A program made the translations under genes and the position numbers. DNA of 64,000 nucleotides from Hyphochytrium catenoides (Eukaryota > Protista > Hyphochytriomycota): positions 1-64,000 of the forward strand of contig FLMG01001397.1 in assembly GCA_900088475.1 (NCBI GenBank), written 5' to 3'. The notes beneath the pieces are model-generated. The model saw only the letters and a program-made list of their open reading frames with translations. It was not told the DNA's origin and did not search any database. Position 1 is the first letter of the stretch. Each line of letters starts with the position of its first letter. This document shows, in pieces, positions 1 to 12,200 of the stretch.

Positions 1-1084
1 TACATAGTTCTAGGTGCCAAAATGTTTTTTACTGGAACACCTTGCGGAGGAGACACCACGGCTTCCTTATAAAGGATGATGAGCCGGTCAACTGTCCGTC
101 CTGGGGACGCATCAGAAGGCGCGGCGTTGCTGGGCTCTCTCCTGTGAAGCTGGAGAGGACCAGCGCTGAAGCAAGTCCCATTGAAATCCTAGCTGGAGGC
201 CCTCTCTAGGTGTGATAAGTGGTAGTGCTGCAACCAAGAAATGAGACTGATTCCATCCGGCGAAGAGTCAGTGCTCACCAAGGAGATGGCGCTGAACCTG
301 GTAGAAGGGCAGCAGGTGGCTGCAGCTGCAGCGCCCTCCTCCTTGCAATAATCATTTAATCAGCGAGAAAAACGCGGAAAGTGACGATTGGACAAATAAG
401 GCTGGCCCATTTTAGTGAGCAGGAGAACCTGCAGCCTTCAAGGGCTGCTGCTCTCATACCAGGTGTGTGGAGCAGCAACCTTTGATAGAAGGAGTCTATC
501 CCGAAGCATGCTCCAGACGGTACCTATCTCAAGTGCAGGTATTGTACCAAACGGCCAGCCCGTTGTCTTTTCATGATGAAGTCTTCTGCCACGTGGCGGG
601 TAGTGGCTGAAGCTGCCACCGAGAAGGTTGTGCGACTTTTTGCTTTGAAAGTAGAGGTAGTGACGGGTGCAATGCGCCCCCGACTTTTGTCTCTCCAGGC
701 GTCGAGTGGTGTGCGTCCTAGCTGACGAAAGTCTTCATGGGCAGTAGCTCAAAGTTTGGCACGCTGGGTAAGTAGAAAAGCATGCAGTGATGATGACTGA
801 TGAGAATAATTTGATGATGAAGAAGATCTACTACTGAGAAAGACTTACGAGGTACTCCTGTTCCATGTCAACAAAGCTGGTCATGACAGAGGTAGAGCAA
901 GGTCTAGTAGGCAAGAGCAGTGGCAAGTTGTTCTTTGTTATCAACAGAACCAAAGACATGAGCTGATCAGGAGAGGCAATGAGTCCACATAGGTGGCTAA
1001 TCTTTGCCTACTAGTCGAAGAAGACATCAAAGGTTCTTAGAGTCAGTGGCTCTGTTATGGCCCAGTACTCCTACCCGCGCACCT

Positions 1085-1660
1085 GTTGCCGGCTGTTACT
1101 TTGGTTGCGGCACTTGTACCATGATCATAGACTCTCAAGACGCAACCAGTCTCCAAGTCCCTGTAGTATCTGCACAACAGCCTGCTTCTCAGCGGGTCAT
1201 TAGTGCCAGAGAGCCTGCAAGAGGGCAGCCCTTGGGACTTACAAGGACCACCAGCATGAGTTTGGACATTATGAGGATATCACTTGTCTGTCACTGCTAA
1301 GTAGGTGGACGACGTAAGCGGCAGCAGCATTTGACCTACATAACATCCTACTTGGTAGCTCTCTTGTTTATAACATGCCCTAGCTCTTTCAACCACGGTC
1401 CTTCTGACAGCGTTGAATCCAATAAAAGGCCGCACAGCTCTACCTCCTGCTCCTCGATCTTCAGATTCGTCCGGGCGGTGCCGAGTGGGCTGATATTCTT
1501 TTCTTATGATCTTCTGCCCTTCACCACTCTAGCACCAAATTTTGTTTCAAGGTCTCTCCATAGTGTTGCGGCTCGAGTGGGAGTCGAGGTGGTGGCAAGC
1601 TCGTCTTGGTCTCACTCCTCAAAAAGCAATGAGGCCTCGACCTCCTAGGTCACCGTCATG
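1085..1660. repeat. Diverged dispersed repeat, copy 1 (direct repeat of ~6960-7530)
   Basis: Colinear shared blocks, e.g. cagcctgcttctcagcgggtcat (1178) vs cagcctgcttctcagtggctcat (7074); ttgtctgtcactgcta vs ttgcctgtcaccgcta; atcttctgcccttcaccactctagcaccaaat vs atcttctgccctcacgactccagcaccaaat; gtggtggcaagctcgtcttggtctcactcctcaaaa vs gtggtggcagctcgtcttggtcccactactcaaaa. Confidence 0.8.
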
Positions 1661-2328
1661 AGTTATAAGAACTGTCCCGAGAGAGCCATCCTGGCCTCTG
1701 GGGGGCAAGATGAAGCAATTTCTGCTGCAAAGGTCAAACCATACTGTTTCAGATGGTGTCGCCCTCAAGAAAAGACCGTCCCTCCTACGCCCAAACTCTT
1801 GGCCAGTTGGCTCCTCTGAACGCTGAATGAGTATGCAAAGAGTTCATCGACTCTCTGCTTAGGGTGATGCGGCTCTTGCATTCCTTACCAGTCCACACTG
1901 TTACCTCTCAGGTGGCAAAACCCCATGTCATAAGAGAGCAACCTAATAACCAGCTACGCTGCACGGAAGTAAGGGAGTCTTCATTTGCAGATATCTTCTT
2001 CTGGGCGGACTTCCCGTCTTAAGTCTCATGAACGGTGTGAAGGAAACCCCTTCTCGCATTGAACCAATGTACCTTAACAGCCGTGAGAAATGCTCCCACA
2101 TGCGAGCTGTCCTTCAACCTACAACTATCAGAGAACGGAGGTACTAACCTGCCTGAAATGCCTAAGACACGGAGAGCTATCTAAAACTACGTACACAGCT
2201 ACTCATCGACCGCTGCGCCTATCGTTACTGCCAGAGACCCCTTCACAACCAGGATGACCTCCTCATCAAAGCACGCGAGCCAGCACATCTGTCATCGGAT
2301 ATAGCACCATCAACAGAGTGAAGCGGCA

Positions 2329-5300
2329 TTACTTGCAAGAGCGATAGCTCCTCATGAGCGACTGAAAGCGTCTCGCGTTCGGCTTCACTCCAAGCGACGG
2401 TATACCTTCACGCCGGAATACCTTTGCCTTCTCGAGCTCACCAGCCTTGAGGTACGCCTTCAGCAACGCAGAGCAGGTAATCTCACTGGGCTTCACGCCA
2501 GCCTCAGGCATGCAGTTGTACAGGATCTCCTCCGCTGCCTGCAACTGACCCATAGACCCATAGCCTCCCAGGAGCAGAGTGAAGTGCACAGCATCCGGCT
2601 TCACTCCTAGCAGCGGTATGCCCTCACGCAGGAACGCAGATGCCTTTTCCAGCTCTCCAGCCTTGATGTACGCCTTTAGCACTTCAGAGCAGGAGATCTC
2701 ATCAGGCTTCACGCCAGCCTCAGGCATGCGCTTGTACAGGATCTGCTCTGCCGTCTGAAACTGACCCGTAGACCCATAGCCTCCCAGGAGCAGATTAAAG
2801 TGCACAGCATCCGGCTTCACTCCTAGCGACAATATGCCCTCACGCAGAAACGTTGATGCCTTTTCGAGCTCCCCAGCCTTGATATACGCCTTCAGCACCT
2901 CAGCGCAGGTGATCCTACTGGGTTTCATGCCAGCCTCAGGCATACGCTGGTACAAAATTTGCTCCGCTGCGTTCAAGTCACCCATAGAACCATAACCTCC
3001 TAGGAGCAGAGTGAAGTGAATTTCAGTTGGCTTTACTCCTAGCAACGGTAAGCCCTCACGCAGAAACGTTGATGCCTTTGCCAGCTCTCCAGCTCTGATG
3101 TATGCCTTCAGAACCTCTGCGCAGGTGATCTCATTGGGCTTGACGCCAACCTCGGGCATACCCTTGTACAGGATCTGCTCCATCCTCTGAAAGTTACCCA
3201 TAGATCCATAGCATCCTAGGAGCAGAGTGAAGTGGACCTCATTTGGTTTCACTCCTAGCGATGGCATGCCCTCACGCAGAAACATCTCGACCTTCTTGAG
3301 CTCTCCAACGTTGATAGACGCCTTCAGCACCTCAGAGCAGCTGATCTCATCAGGCTTCACGCCAGCCTCAGGCATGCGCTTGTACAGGGTCTGCTCCAGT
3401 GTCTGCAAGTTACCCACAGAACCATAGCCTCCTAGGAGCAGATTGAAGTGAATAGCAGTTGGCTTCAATCCTAGCGATGGCATGCTCTCACTCAGAAACA
3501 TCTCCGCCTTTGCCAGCTCTCCAGCCTTGATGTACGCCTTCAGTACCTCAGAGCAGGTGATCTCACTGGGTTTCACGCCAGCCTCAGGCATGCGCTTGTA
3601 CAACACCTCCTCAAGGGCTCGAAGGTTCCCCTTAGCGCCATACTTATAAATAAGCCCAGTAAGAGTCACAGGGGAACGTAACTGACTCCCATCACTAGCC
3701 GCCTCATTCTCCGTGGGCTGCTTAAATGGCCGGGCGCCTGGTTTCCCAGGTAGCAGTGGAGCTGCTTCATCGAACAGTTTTCGTGCCCTTTCCAGCTCTC
3801 CAGCCCTAATGTACGCCATCAAAACCTTCGAGTAGCTGATTTTGTCAGGTCTCACGCCTGCCTGAGGCATGCGCTTGTGCAGGATCTCCTCCATAGCCTG
3901 CCACTTACCCATAGACCCATAGCCTTCCAGAAGCAGGTTGAAGTGGATGTCACTTGGCTTCACTCCTAGCGACCTTATACTCTCACGTAGGAACGTTGAT
4001 GCCTTTGCCAGCTCACCAGCCTTGATGTCTGCCTTCAGAACCTCAGCGCAGGTGATCTCATCAGGCTTCACGCCCGCCTCAGGCATGCGCTTGTACAGGA
4101 TCTCCTCCATAGCCTGCCACTTACCCGTAGACCCATAGCCTTCCAGGAGCAGGTTAAAGTGCTCTAGTGAAGGCGTCACTCCTAACGAGGAAACTTTCTG
4201 ACAAACAAATACCTTCGCCCTCTCGATTTCTACCGCCTTGATGTACGCCTTCAGTACCTCAGCGCAAGTGATGCTATTGGGCTTCACACCAGCCTCAGCC
4301 ATGCGCTTGTACAGAATCTCCTCCATCGTCTTCCACTCACCCATAGACCCATAGCCTTCCAGGAGCAGGTTGAAGTGCACAACCTCCGGCTTCAGTCCTA
4401 GCGATTGAATCCCTTCTTGCAGAAACCTCCTTGCCATCTCCAGCTTTCCAGCCTTAATGTACGCCTTCAGAACCTTAGAGCAGGAGATCTTATTGGGTTT
4501 CATGCCAGCCTCAGGCATGCGCTGATACAGGATCTCCTCCACTGCCTGCAAGTTACCGGTAGACCCATAGCCACCCAGGACCAGATCGAAGTGCATTAAT
4601 GAAGGCTTCAACCCCAGCGACCGTAGGCCCTCACGCAGAAACATATTTGCCCTTTCCAGCTCACCAGCCTTAATGTAAGCCTTCAGCACCTCAGAACAGC
4701 TGACCGTACTAGGCTTCACGCCAGCCTCAGGCATGCGCTGATACAGGATCTCTTCCATTCTCTTCCACTTTCTTATAGATCCATAGCCTCCCAGGAGCAG
4801 AGTAAAGTGAATATCACTTGGCTTCACTCCTAGCGACTGTATGCCCTCACGCAGAAACGTCTCTGCCTTCTCCAGCTCTCCAGCCTTAATGTACGCCTTT
4901 AGTACCTCAGCGCAGGTGATCTCATCAGGCTTTACGCCAGCCTCAGGCATGCACTTGTACAGGATCTGCTCCATCCTCTGCAAGTTACGTATAGACCCAT
5001 AGCCTCCCAGGAGCAGAGTGAAGTGAATATCAGTTGGCTTCACTCCTAGCAACAGAATGCTCTCACGCAGAAACGTTGATGCCCTTTCAGCTCACCAGCC
5101 TTGATGTACGCCTTTAGTACTTCAGAGCAGGTGACCTCATTAGGCTTCACCCCAGCCTCAGGCATACGCTGGTACAGGATCTGCTCCGCCGTCTGCAACT
5201 GACCCATAGACCCATAGCCTCCCAGGAGCAGGTTGAAGTGAATAGCAGTTGGCTTCAATCCTAAAGACGATGGTCCCTCACGCAGAAACGTTGATGCCCT

Positions 5301-6578
5301 TTCCAGCTCTCCAGCGTTAATGTACGCCTTCAGCATCTCAGAGCAGGTAAACCCATCAGGCTTCACGCCAGCCTCAGGCATGCGATGGTACAGGATCTGC
5401 TCCGCCGTCTGCAACTGACCCATAGTCCCATAGCCTCCCAGGAGCAGATTAAAGTGCACAGCATTCGGCTTCACTCCTAGCGACCGTATGCCCTCACGCA
5501 AAAACATTTCTGCCTTTTCGAGCTCTCCGCCTTGATATACGCCTTTAGTATCACAGAGCAGGTGACTGCATTGGGCTTCACGCCAGCCTCAGGCATACGC
5601 TTGTACAACACCTCCTCAAGGGCCCGAAGGTTCCCCTTAGCGCCATACTTATAAACTAGCTGAGTAAGAGCCGCAGGGGAACGTAACTGACTCCCATCAG
5701 TAGCCGTCTCATTCTCCGTGGGCTGCTTAAATGGCCGGGCGGCTGGTTTCCCAGGTAGCAGTGGAGTTGCTTCATGGAGCAGCTTTTTTGCCTTTTCCAG
5801 CTCTCCAGCCCTAATGTATGCCATCAAGCCTTTGAGCTGATTTTGTTAGGTCTCACGCCAGCCTCAGGCATGCGCTTGTACAAGATCTCCTCCATCGTCT
5901 GCCATTTACCCTTAGACCCATAGCCTCCCAGGACCAGGTTGAAGTGCATTAATAAAGGCTTCATTCCTAGTGATGGCATGTCTTCACGCAGAAACATTTC
6001 TGCCTTTTGGAGCTGTCCAGCCTTGATGTACGCCTTCAGAACCTCAGCGCAGCTGATCGCATTGGGCTTTACGCCAGCCTCAGGCATGCCCTTGTATAAC
6101 ACCTCCTCCAGCGCCCGTAGGTTGTTCTCAGCGCCATACTTAGCAATCAATTGAGTAGGTGCCGAATGTAATTGACTCCTATCAGTAGCCGACTTATTCC
6201 CTGTACGCTGCAGAAGATAAGCAGAAGGCTGGTGTCTACTTTCTCTCTCCTAAGCAGGGTCGAAAGTGTTCGCTGATGGTAAGGTTCTCTCGATGGGCTC
6301 AGCCCTTGGCCTCTTTCTCGCCTTCTAGAGCTACACACCAAGGAGCTCCTGAGCTCATTGTACGCTCTGATGGGGAGGGACCTCCTGAAAGCTTGTGATG
6401 TCAACCTACTACTGCTCGCCTTAGTCCAACTCCCGTAGTAGTACGCTTGGCACCCAGCCATCACACCCAGGCGTGCATTCACATTGGCCCTGGCCATATT
6501 GAGTTTTGCAGGATTGATCTTGGGCACTCTTCCTGAAGAGCTTGACGGTGGGTTACAAAGAGGCCACTCTTTCATCAA
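2329..6578 (-). pseudogene. P-class-like pentatricopeptide repeat (PPR) protein with ~34 alternating 36-aa motifs and an Arg/Ser-rich presequence-like N-terminus; frameshifted in this assembly (pseudogene or sequence errors)
   Basis: ORFs 6147-6578, 5824-6150, 5477-5827, 5046-5507 and 2329-5052 join into one protein. Motif A: EITC(S/A)EVLKAYIKAGELEKAxxFLREGIxSLGVKPx. Motif B: xIHF(N/T)LLLGGYGSxGxxQxxEEILYKRMPEAGVKPx. Both fit the PPR consensus (..Y.K.G....A......M...G..PD). Confidence 0.9.
2350..6140 (-). repeat. Coding tandem repeat, 216-bp unit (two 108-bp PPR motifs)
   Basis: Near-identical blocks such as ggcttcacgccagcctcaggcatgc and agacccatagcctcccaggagcag recur at 216-bp spacing. Confidence 0.95.
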
Positions 6579-6959
6579 TGTTTGCCTCGCTCATCACAAG
6601 GACGAAGGGGAAAAGCCTAGCCTGTCTTTATTGAAGACTTCCACTCATCTGATCCTTTTAACTGACGGCGCTCTGGCGGATGCGTCTGGCCATCGGGCCA
6701 TCAGGCCAGCAACCAGCAAGGACCAGACACCAGACCTGAAGAAGACCTGAAGGTTGATGGATCGGATGATGGGATAGATACACATATTGGATAACAAGTC
6801 AAGTATCAAGTATGTCCTACTTGACCTCTTTCGGGTACTTGCGAGCTATCACGCTGGAGCTCACTGTAGCCGATAAGTAAGTAAAAGTACTGGGTAATGC
6901 TTATAAAGGAATTGAAATTACTTGTGGGCAGAGCAACGCCGGATGTCCGTTAGCCGCTA

Positions 6960-7530
6960 TTTGCCGCCAGTTATTGTTTCAGTTTTGGCGCTGCGGCGCT
7001 TGTATTCGCAGTCCCAGGTCCCTGACGGACTTTGACACTCAATGAGTATCCAACGCATTGATTCTCTGCAGGGCAGCCTGCTTCTCAGTGGCTCATAAGG
7101 CCAGGCAGACTGTGGCATCCTGCAAGAGGAGGCAGCTTGAACTCGATGAGAAATGGCACTTTCGACACTTAATCTTTTGCCTGTCACCGCTAGGACGGTG
7201 GACATAAGCTGGTGTGACCTAATATATGGCTTGTAGCTCTGTTGCTGTGCTCAAGCTCTTCCTATCACGGTTTTCTACTGACAGTATTTGGATCACATGA
7301 AGAGCCGCAGAGCGAAATTTCTGCTATTGCTTCCCAATATCTGTCTGCTGGTGCCCAGTGACCTGGCTAGTAGTTTCTCCTGCTCATCTTCTGCCCTCAC
7401 GACTCCAGCACCAAATGTGAGCTTAAGTCTATCCATACTCGGTGGTCGAAGAGGAGACGACGTGGTGGCAGCTCGTCTTGGTCCCACTACTCAAAAGTCC
7501 TGGAAGTCTCGACGTAGGTTACTGCTATAA
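6960..7530. repeat. Diverged dispersed repeat, copy 2
   Basis: Colinear similarity to 1085-1660 (see that feature); patchy similarity may continue to ~8300 vs ~2020. Confidence 0.8.
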
Positions 7531-9224
7531 GTCATAGAGGGGCCGCTAGAGGGCCATAAGTGGGGAGCCTCACCTTGCCCCGGTTTCCAGTAGGTATTGG
7601 TACCGCTGCGACTTAACGTGACCTAAGGAAGAAGACAGCGCGTCCCAGTTTCAATGGGTATGATGGAGGGCTAGGCAAGCACTTGGCATAAGAGAGACGT
7701 CCTTGCTCTTCCTGCCCGTCACGTCCTCGTCTCTCTTACTTAAAGTGGAAAACTAGAGTTAGATGCATAAAGGGATATGACCCTGTCTGCATACAGGCAC
7801 TGCACACACTTCAAACTCTTGTCACCATTGCTTTCCCCCTACAGTTTGGACGTCTGAGGGTTGGTACACCTAGCAGAAGCAAAATAGGCAAAGGATAGAG
7901 AATCGACCTGCAGCTTCAAGGGCCCAAGTGGGCAAAAATGCAGCAGAATGGACTCAAGAGCCGAAGATGCAGCAGCCCCACTCCTGGTGCGCTGTTTGCA
8001 GCGGGCTCGGCTTGAGGGTATGAGAGTCATTCCTGAAGATCTTTGCTATGAATGCTATCGTCCAGGACCCGAGTTTGCGGCTAGGTCTAGGGCAATCGGA
8101 CTAGCCCGCACTTTTGGATTCCTAGAGGTGCTGTCAAACGAGAAGTCGTTCATCTAATGTGCTACTATGCCACTCTCTCTTGCAGCTGTGGTCTCTTTCC
8201 TTACCAGCCAAGACGCTACTTATCCCACTATGCGCGTAACTCGACATGCTCACGTCTTCTTCTTCTCAGGGTTCAGTGGACATCTCGTCTCTGCCACTTA
8301 TCTGGGCGACCATCATCAACCGAAGAAGAGCAGCAGCTCCTAAATTGCCTCCCACGGGTCAAGAACCACCTTCGGCTTATTAAGAGCACGTACTAAGGGC
8401 AAGCTGTAAAGCTTAACGCACTGACTCGGCCAGATGGAGGAGAGGGAGGGGAGAGTTGAGAGCTACAAGGGGAGAGTCCGACGCACCTGTAGAAAGAGTG
8501 TCCAGGCACCGTCAGGACTGCTGGTCGACCCGAGGCCCCAACCTGCGCACTGTCTATAGTTCGCTAACAAGGTCATGGCAGCAGTAGGCATGGTAGACCA
8601 GTATTGTTTGGCCCCAGCGTGGAACTAGCTCTAGACTCCATGTCTGCTTACTCTCACCTCTAACCCTTGCTACTAACCCGCCCTAGCTATGAGGAAACAC
8701 ATGTTATTAACAGCAATGGACCCTTCTGCACTCAGTTGGACTGTTTGGAGCAGCAATGAAAATGCTCTCGACTGCGCGCAGTTGGAAGCTGAGACATGAG
8801 GGATACCTTTTCCCCGAGGAAAAGGAGATATGTAGAGGAAGTTATCTGTCCGGAGATGAACAAACGCGATGTATAATATTTGACTCTATAGATCCCTGAC
8901 TATGAGGACTGCAGGGAGACACCTCTTCACAAGCTACCAGAAGGAGGCCAATGCTAACAGTGAGAGGACTGAAGGGAGGCGCTCCTACACCGACTACTCT
9001 ACAAGAAGCATGACGGATGTCTCGTTGCTCTAAGGCCATGAGAAGGAGAAGAAATTGATGATGGATCAATTGAAGAGTTGCGCCTTTCCTCGACACCGTC
9101 CCTTCTGCAAACGATTTGCCATAGCGGAGATTGTACTAGCTTCTTCAACTTCCTTTTGCTGCTGTGGTCTCTCCGTCTGACTCCTCTCGCTTTCCTTCAT
9201 GGGTCCTCTTCAAACAGAGCCTCC

Positions 9225-12200
9225 CTAGTGCCCCATACTATTGTACATATTGATAACCTCAAACAGTCGCTGGCTCTNNNNNNNNNNNNNNNNNNNNNNN
9301 NNNNNNNNNNNNNTCGTAGCTGCAATGCCATCCATCACCGGCATTTGAATGTCCATGAAGATCAGATCATAGGGAGATGACGCTATCAAAGACTCCTCTA
9401 TAATTGACACGGCTTCGGCTCCATTGGCTGCTACTTCGCAATCCCATCCAGGTTTCTGCAAGATGAGCCTCCGCATCATCTTCTGGTTAATATAATTGTC
9501 ATCTACCACCAGGATTCTGAACTGAGAGCGCCAGCTCTCCTGCGCCTTCGAATCCCTCTGTTCAGAACATGACTCGACGCCCATAGTGTCAATGGTAGCA
9601 CGCTTGGCGGCATTCGATGAGCGTAAAGCTACCCTTTGGTCGTCTGCCGGATGCGCTGACTCCGGCAGAGTTTGCTGAGGGCCAGAACGGACCGCTTCTA
9701 CCATTGAGCGCGCACCAACAGCCTTAGGCCTCGAAGTTTGTTCAGGGTCGAGTTCCCGAGCTGTTGTTGCCCTAGCCTCCGTTGTCGGACTGATGTCTCG
9801 CTCGACCGCCTCTTGCTCAGGAACCCCTCCTAATCTCTTGTGCTCTGCCCCTTCATGGCTTAGGTCTCCCTCCATAGAAAGTGGGGAATCTACTCCTTGT
9901 GGAGAGCGATGAGAGGACTTTTCCGGTTCATCCTCGGCAAACTTCCCGTCAGTTGCTGGCAATTCCTCCGCCAAGAAAGTGAAGCTAAAGGTGGAACCAC
10001 CGCCCCTCTTACTCCTCACCAAGATTTTCCCACCCATGAGCTCTACTAAGCTCTTACAGATGTACAGACCAAGCCCAGAGCCGCCATAGTCTGAAGACCC
10101 GGACGTGCTAAAGCGATTAAAGACTGTCGCCTTCTCCTCGTCAGTCATGCCAGTCCCTGTGTCTTGCACCTCAATCGCAAATACGGCTTTATAATGGTCA
10201 GCAGAGATCTTTCTATCCTCCTTTGCGTCCCTGCCAGCAGTCAAATTTGTTATCTTCTCATCGTCATCAGGGTACCCCGATTGAGCCATCAAGCTTTGGC
10301 CAGAGAAGAGCTTCGTCGTGGGAGAGTTTGTGCACGATAGATCATTAGAAGAGATACCGGTGCCGGAGGAAGAGGAGGAAGCCATTGGTGACGAGAGTCT
10401 CGGAGCTGCTGAGCCGTATTGCTTGGTTTGGGTTGGCGCCAGTCGCTTCACATGGATGGTGATACTACCGTGGGCAGTGTACTTGAGCGCGTTAGACACT
10501 AGATTTATCAGGATTTGGGCCAGACGTGCTGGGTCTCCACGCAACCGGGCCATTTGCAATGGAGTAGCCTCTGATATGACGACACCTTTCTTCTTGGCCT
10601 GAGTCTTGAACATTTTGATAACATCGCGAACCACATGGTGGACTTCGAAGTCCACTAGATCAAGCTTCATTGCTCCGTTCTCGAGCCGTGAAAGGTTAAG
10701 CACATCATCGGCAATGACCTTTTGGTGTCTCACACACTTCTCTATCGCCTCCAAAGATTCTTCATCCAACGCCATCTGCTGCGACACAGCTGGAACCAAT
10801 GGCCGAGGCATTTTATCAAAGATTTCGATCATCCACTTCTTTCTGCTTTCTAGCCCAGCACGGAGTAACTCTACGTTGCCGTAGATACCTCCTAATGGGT
10901 TTCGCAGCTCGTGGCAGAGTGTATCGACGAACTGGCTAAGGTACCTCTTCCTGCTGTCAGCCTCACTGGCTCTCTTTCTCTGAAGCTCCTCTGCCTGTCG
11001 AAGGGCCTTCATTCTTTCGAGCTCCATAGTCTTCATATGAGTCACATCAACGATGGTGTGCACTACGTCGATGCCCTCAACCGTATCGAGAAAGGGTCTA
11101 CTGGAGACCCACTCGCCTACGACCCACCGGATTGAGCCATCAGGCAAGACAAACCGATATTCCCGCTTATCAAGCTTGCCCTCCTCCGTCTTTGCCATTT
11201 TCCATATCTCTAGAATCTGCTCTTGATCTTCAGGGTGAATGGACGAAAGCCAAGCGTCGGAATGCAGCTCAGCCTCTTGTAGTCCGGTAATCTCCACAAA
11301 GCGCGGGTTGAAGAAGAGTTCCGCACCATCTGCAGAGAGCTTAAGAATGCCCACTGGCAGTGTCGCCAGAATGTTTCGATAGTTATCTCGTTCTCGGTGC
11401 AGCGCTTCCTGGGCTCTAGAGGAGAGCAGTTTCAAACAAGCCTGCAGTGCCCTTTCCGTCACCTTCCTCTTCTCTACCTCCAGCTCAAGAGCGCGCGACT
11501 TTTCCTTAAGTGCTTCTATTGCACTTGGATCGGAGGCTGGGCTCACTCGGTCCGTAGAAGGCCAGATTCCAGAATGACAAGCAGCGATGCCTTCCAACAC
11601 GTGGAGATGGTCGGTCGTTGTAAAGCTTCCCATGTGATAAGCACAGAAGACGGCGATATCCTTCTTCTTGATGAAGTCATCCCATAAGACCTCAAGCTTC
11701 AGTGCCTCTGCATGCTCTCCAAGCTGTGCCAGTGTGTTCACCAGCTCTCCAAAGGCGTACATTTTCCTAAACTTTTGTTCGAGCTCCGCTAGCTTTGGGC
11801 CAAAAAGCTCTGTAAATATCTCATCAGTGATGTCAAGAATCCCTCCACATCTTGCCTTCAGAGTCTCGTAAACCTCCGAGGTTTCAAACACCATCAACTG
11901 GCCACTCTGGAGCTTCTTGTCGACGTCAATGTTATGGTCAGCCAGTAGCCGAAGGAATGCTTGCATGTGCTGCTTCGTGACAATGAGAAGCATCGCATCT
12001 TCCGCGTGAAGCAGAGCAGGGAGCATAAAGGAGAGCCCAGCGCGGTAGTAGAGCTCTTCTGAGTCATAAAAGTGCACAAGATGATCGCCCGTGTGATGAT
12101 GATAGGGGAGGACAGTGGTTGATGACGTGGAAGACCACGCTAGGTTGTTGCTGCTCCTCCTAGGAGGTGATTTTCTGCCACCTCGGCCATGCTTTGCCTC

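Noticed and set aside
1-1080. Possible decayed coding or transposon sequence at the window start
   Set aside because: No ORF or recognisable protein motif; cannot be supported by eye.
3227-6154. Plus-strand ORFs 3227-3427, 3938-4138, 4405-4599 and 5939-6154 with mutually similar translations
   Set aside because: Antisense shadows of the PPR repeat.
9225-9313. Apparently truncated receiver domain (no Thr/Ser or KP motif) in the histidine kinase
   Set aside because: The break coincides with an N gap of uncertain true size, so truncation cannot be claimed.
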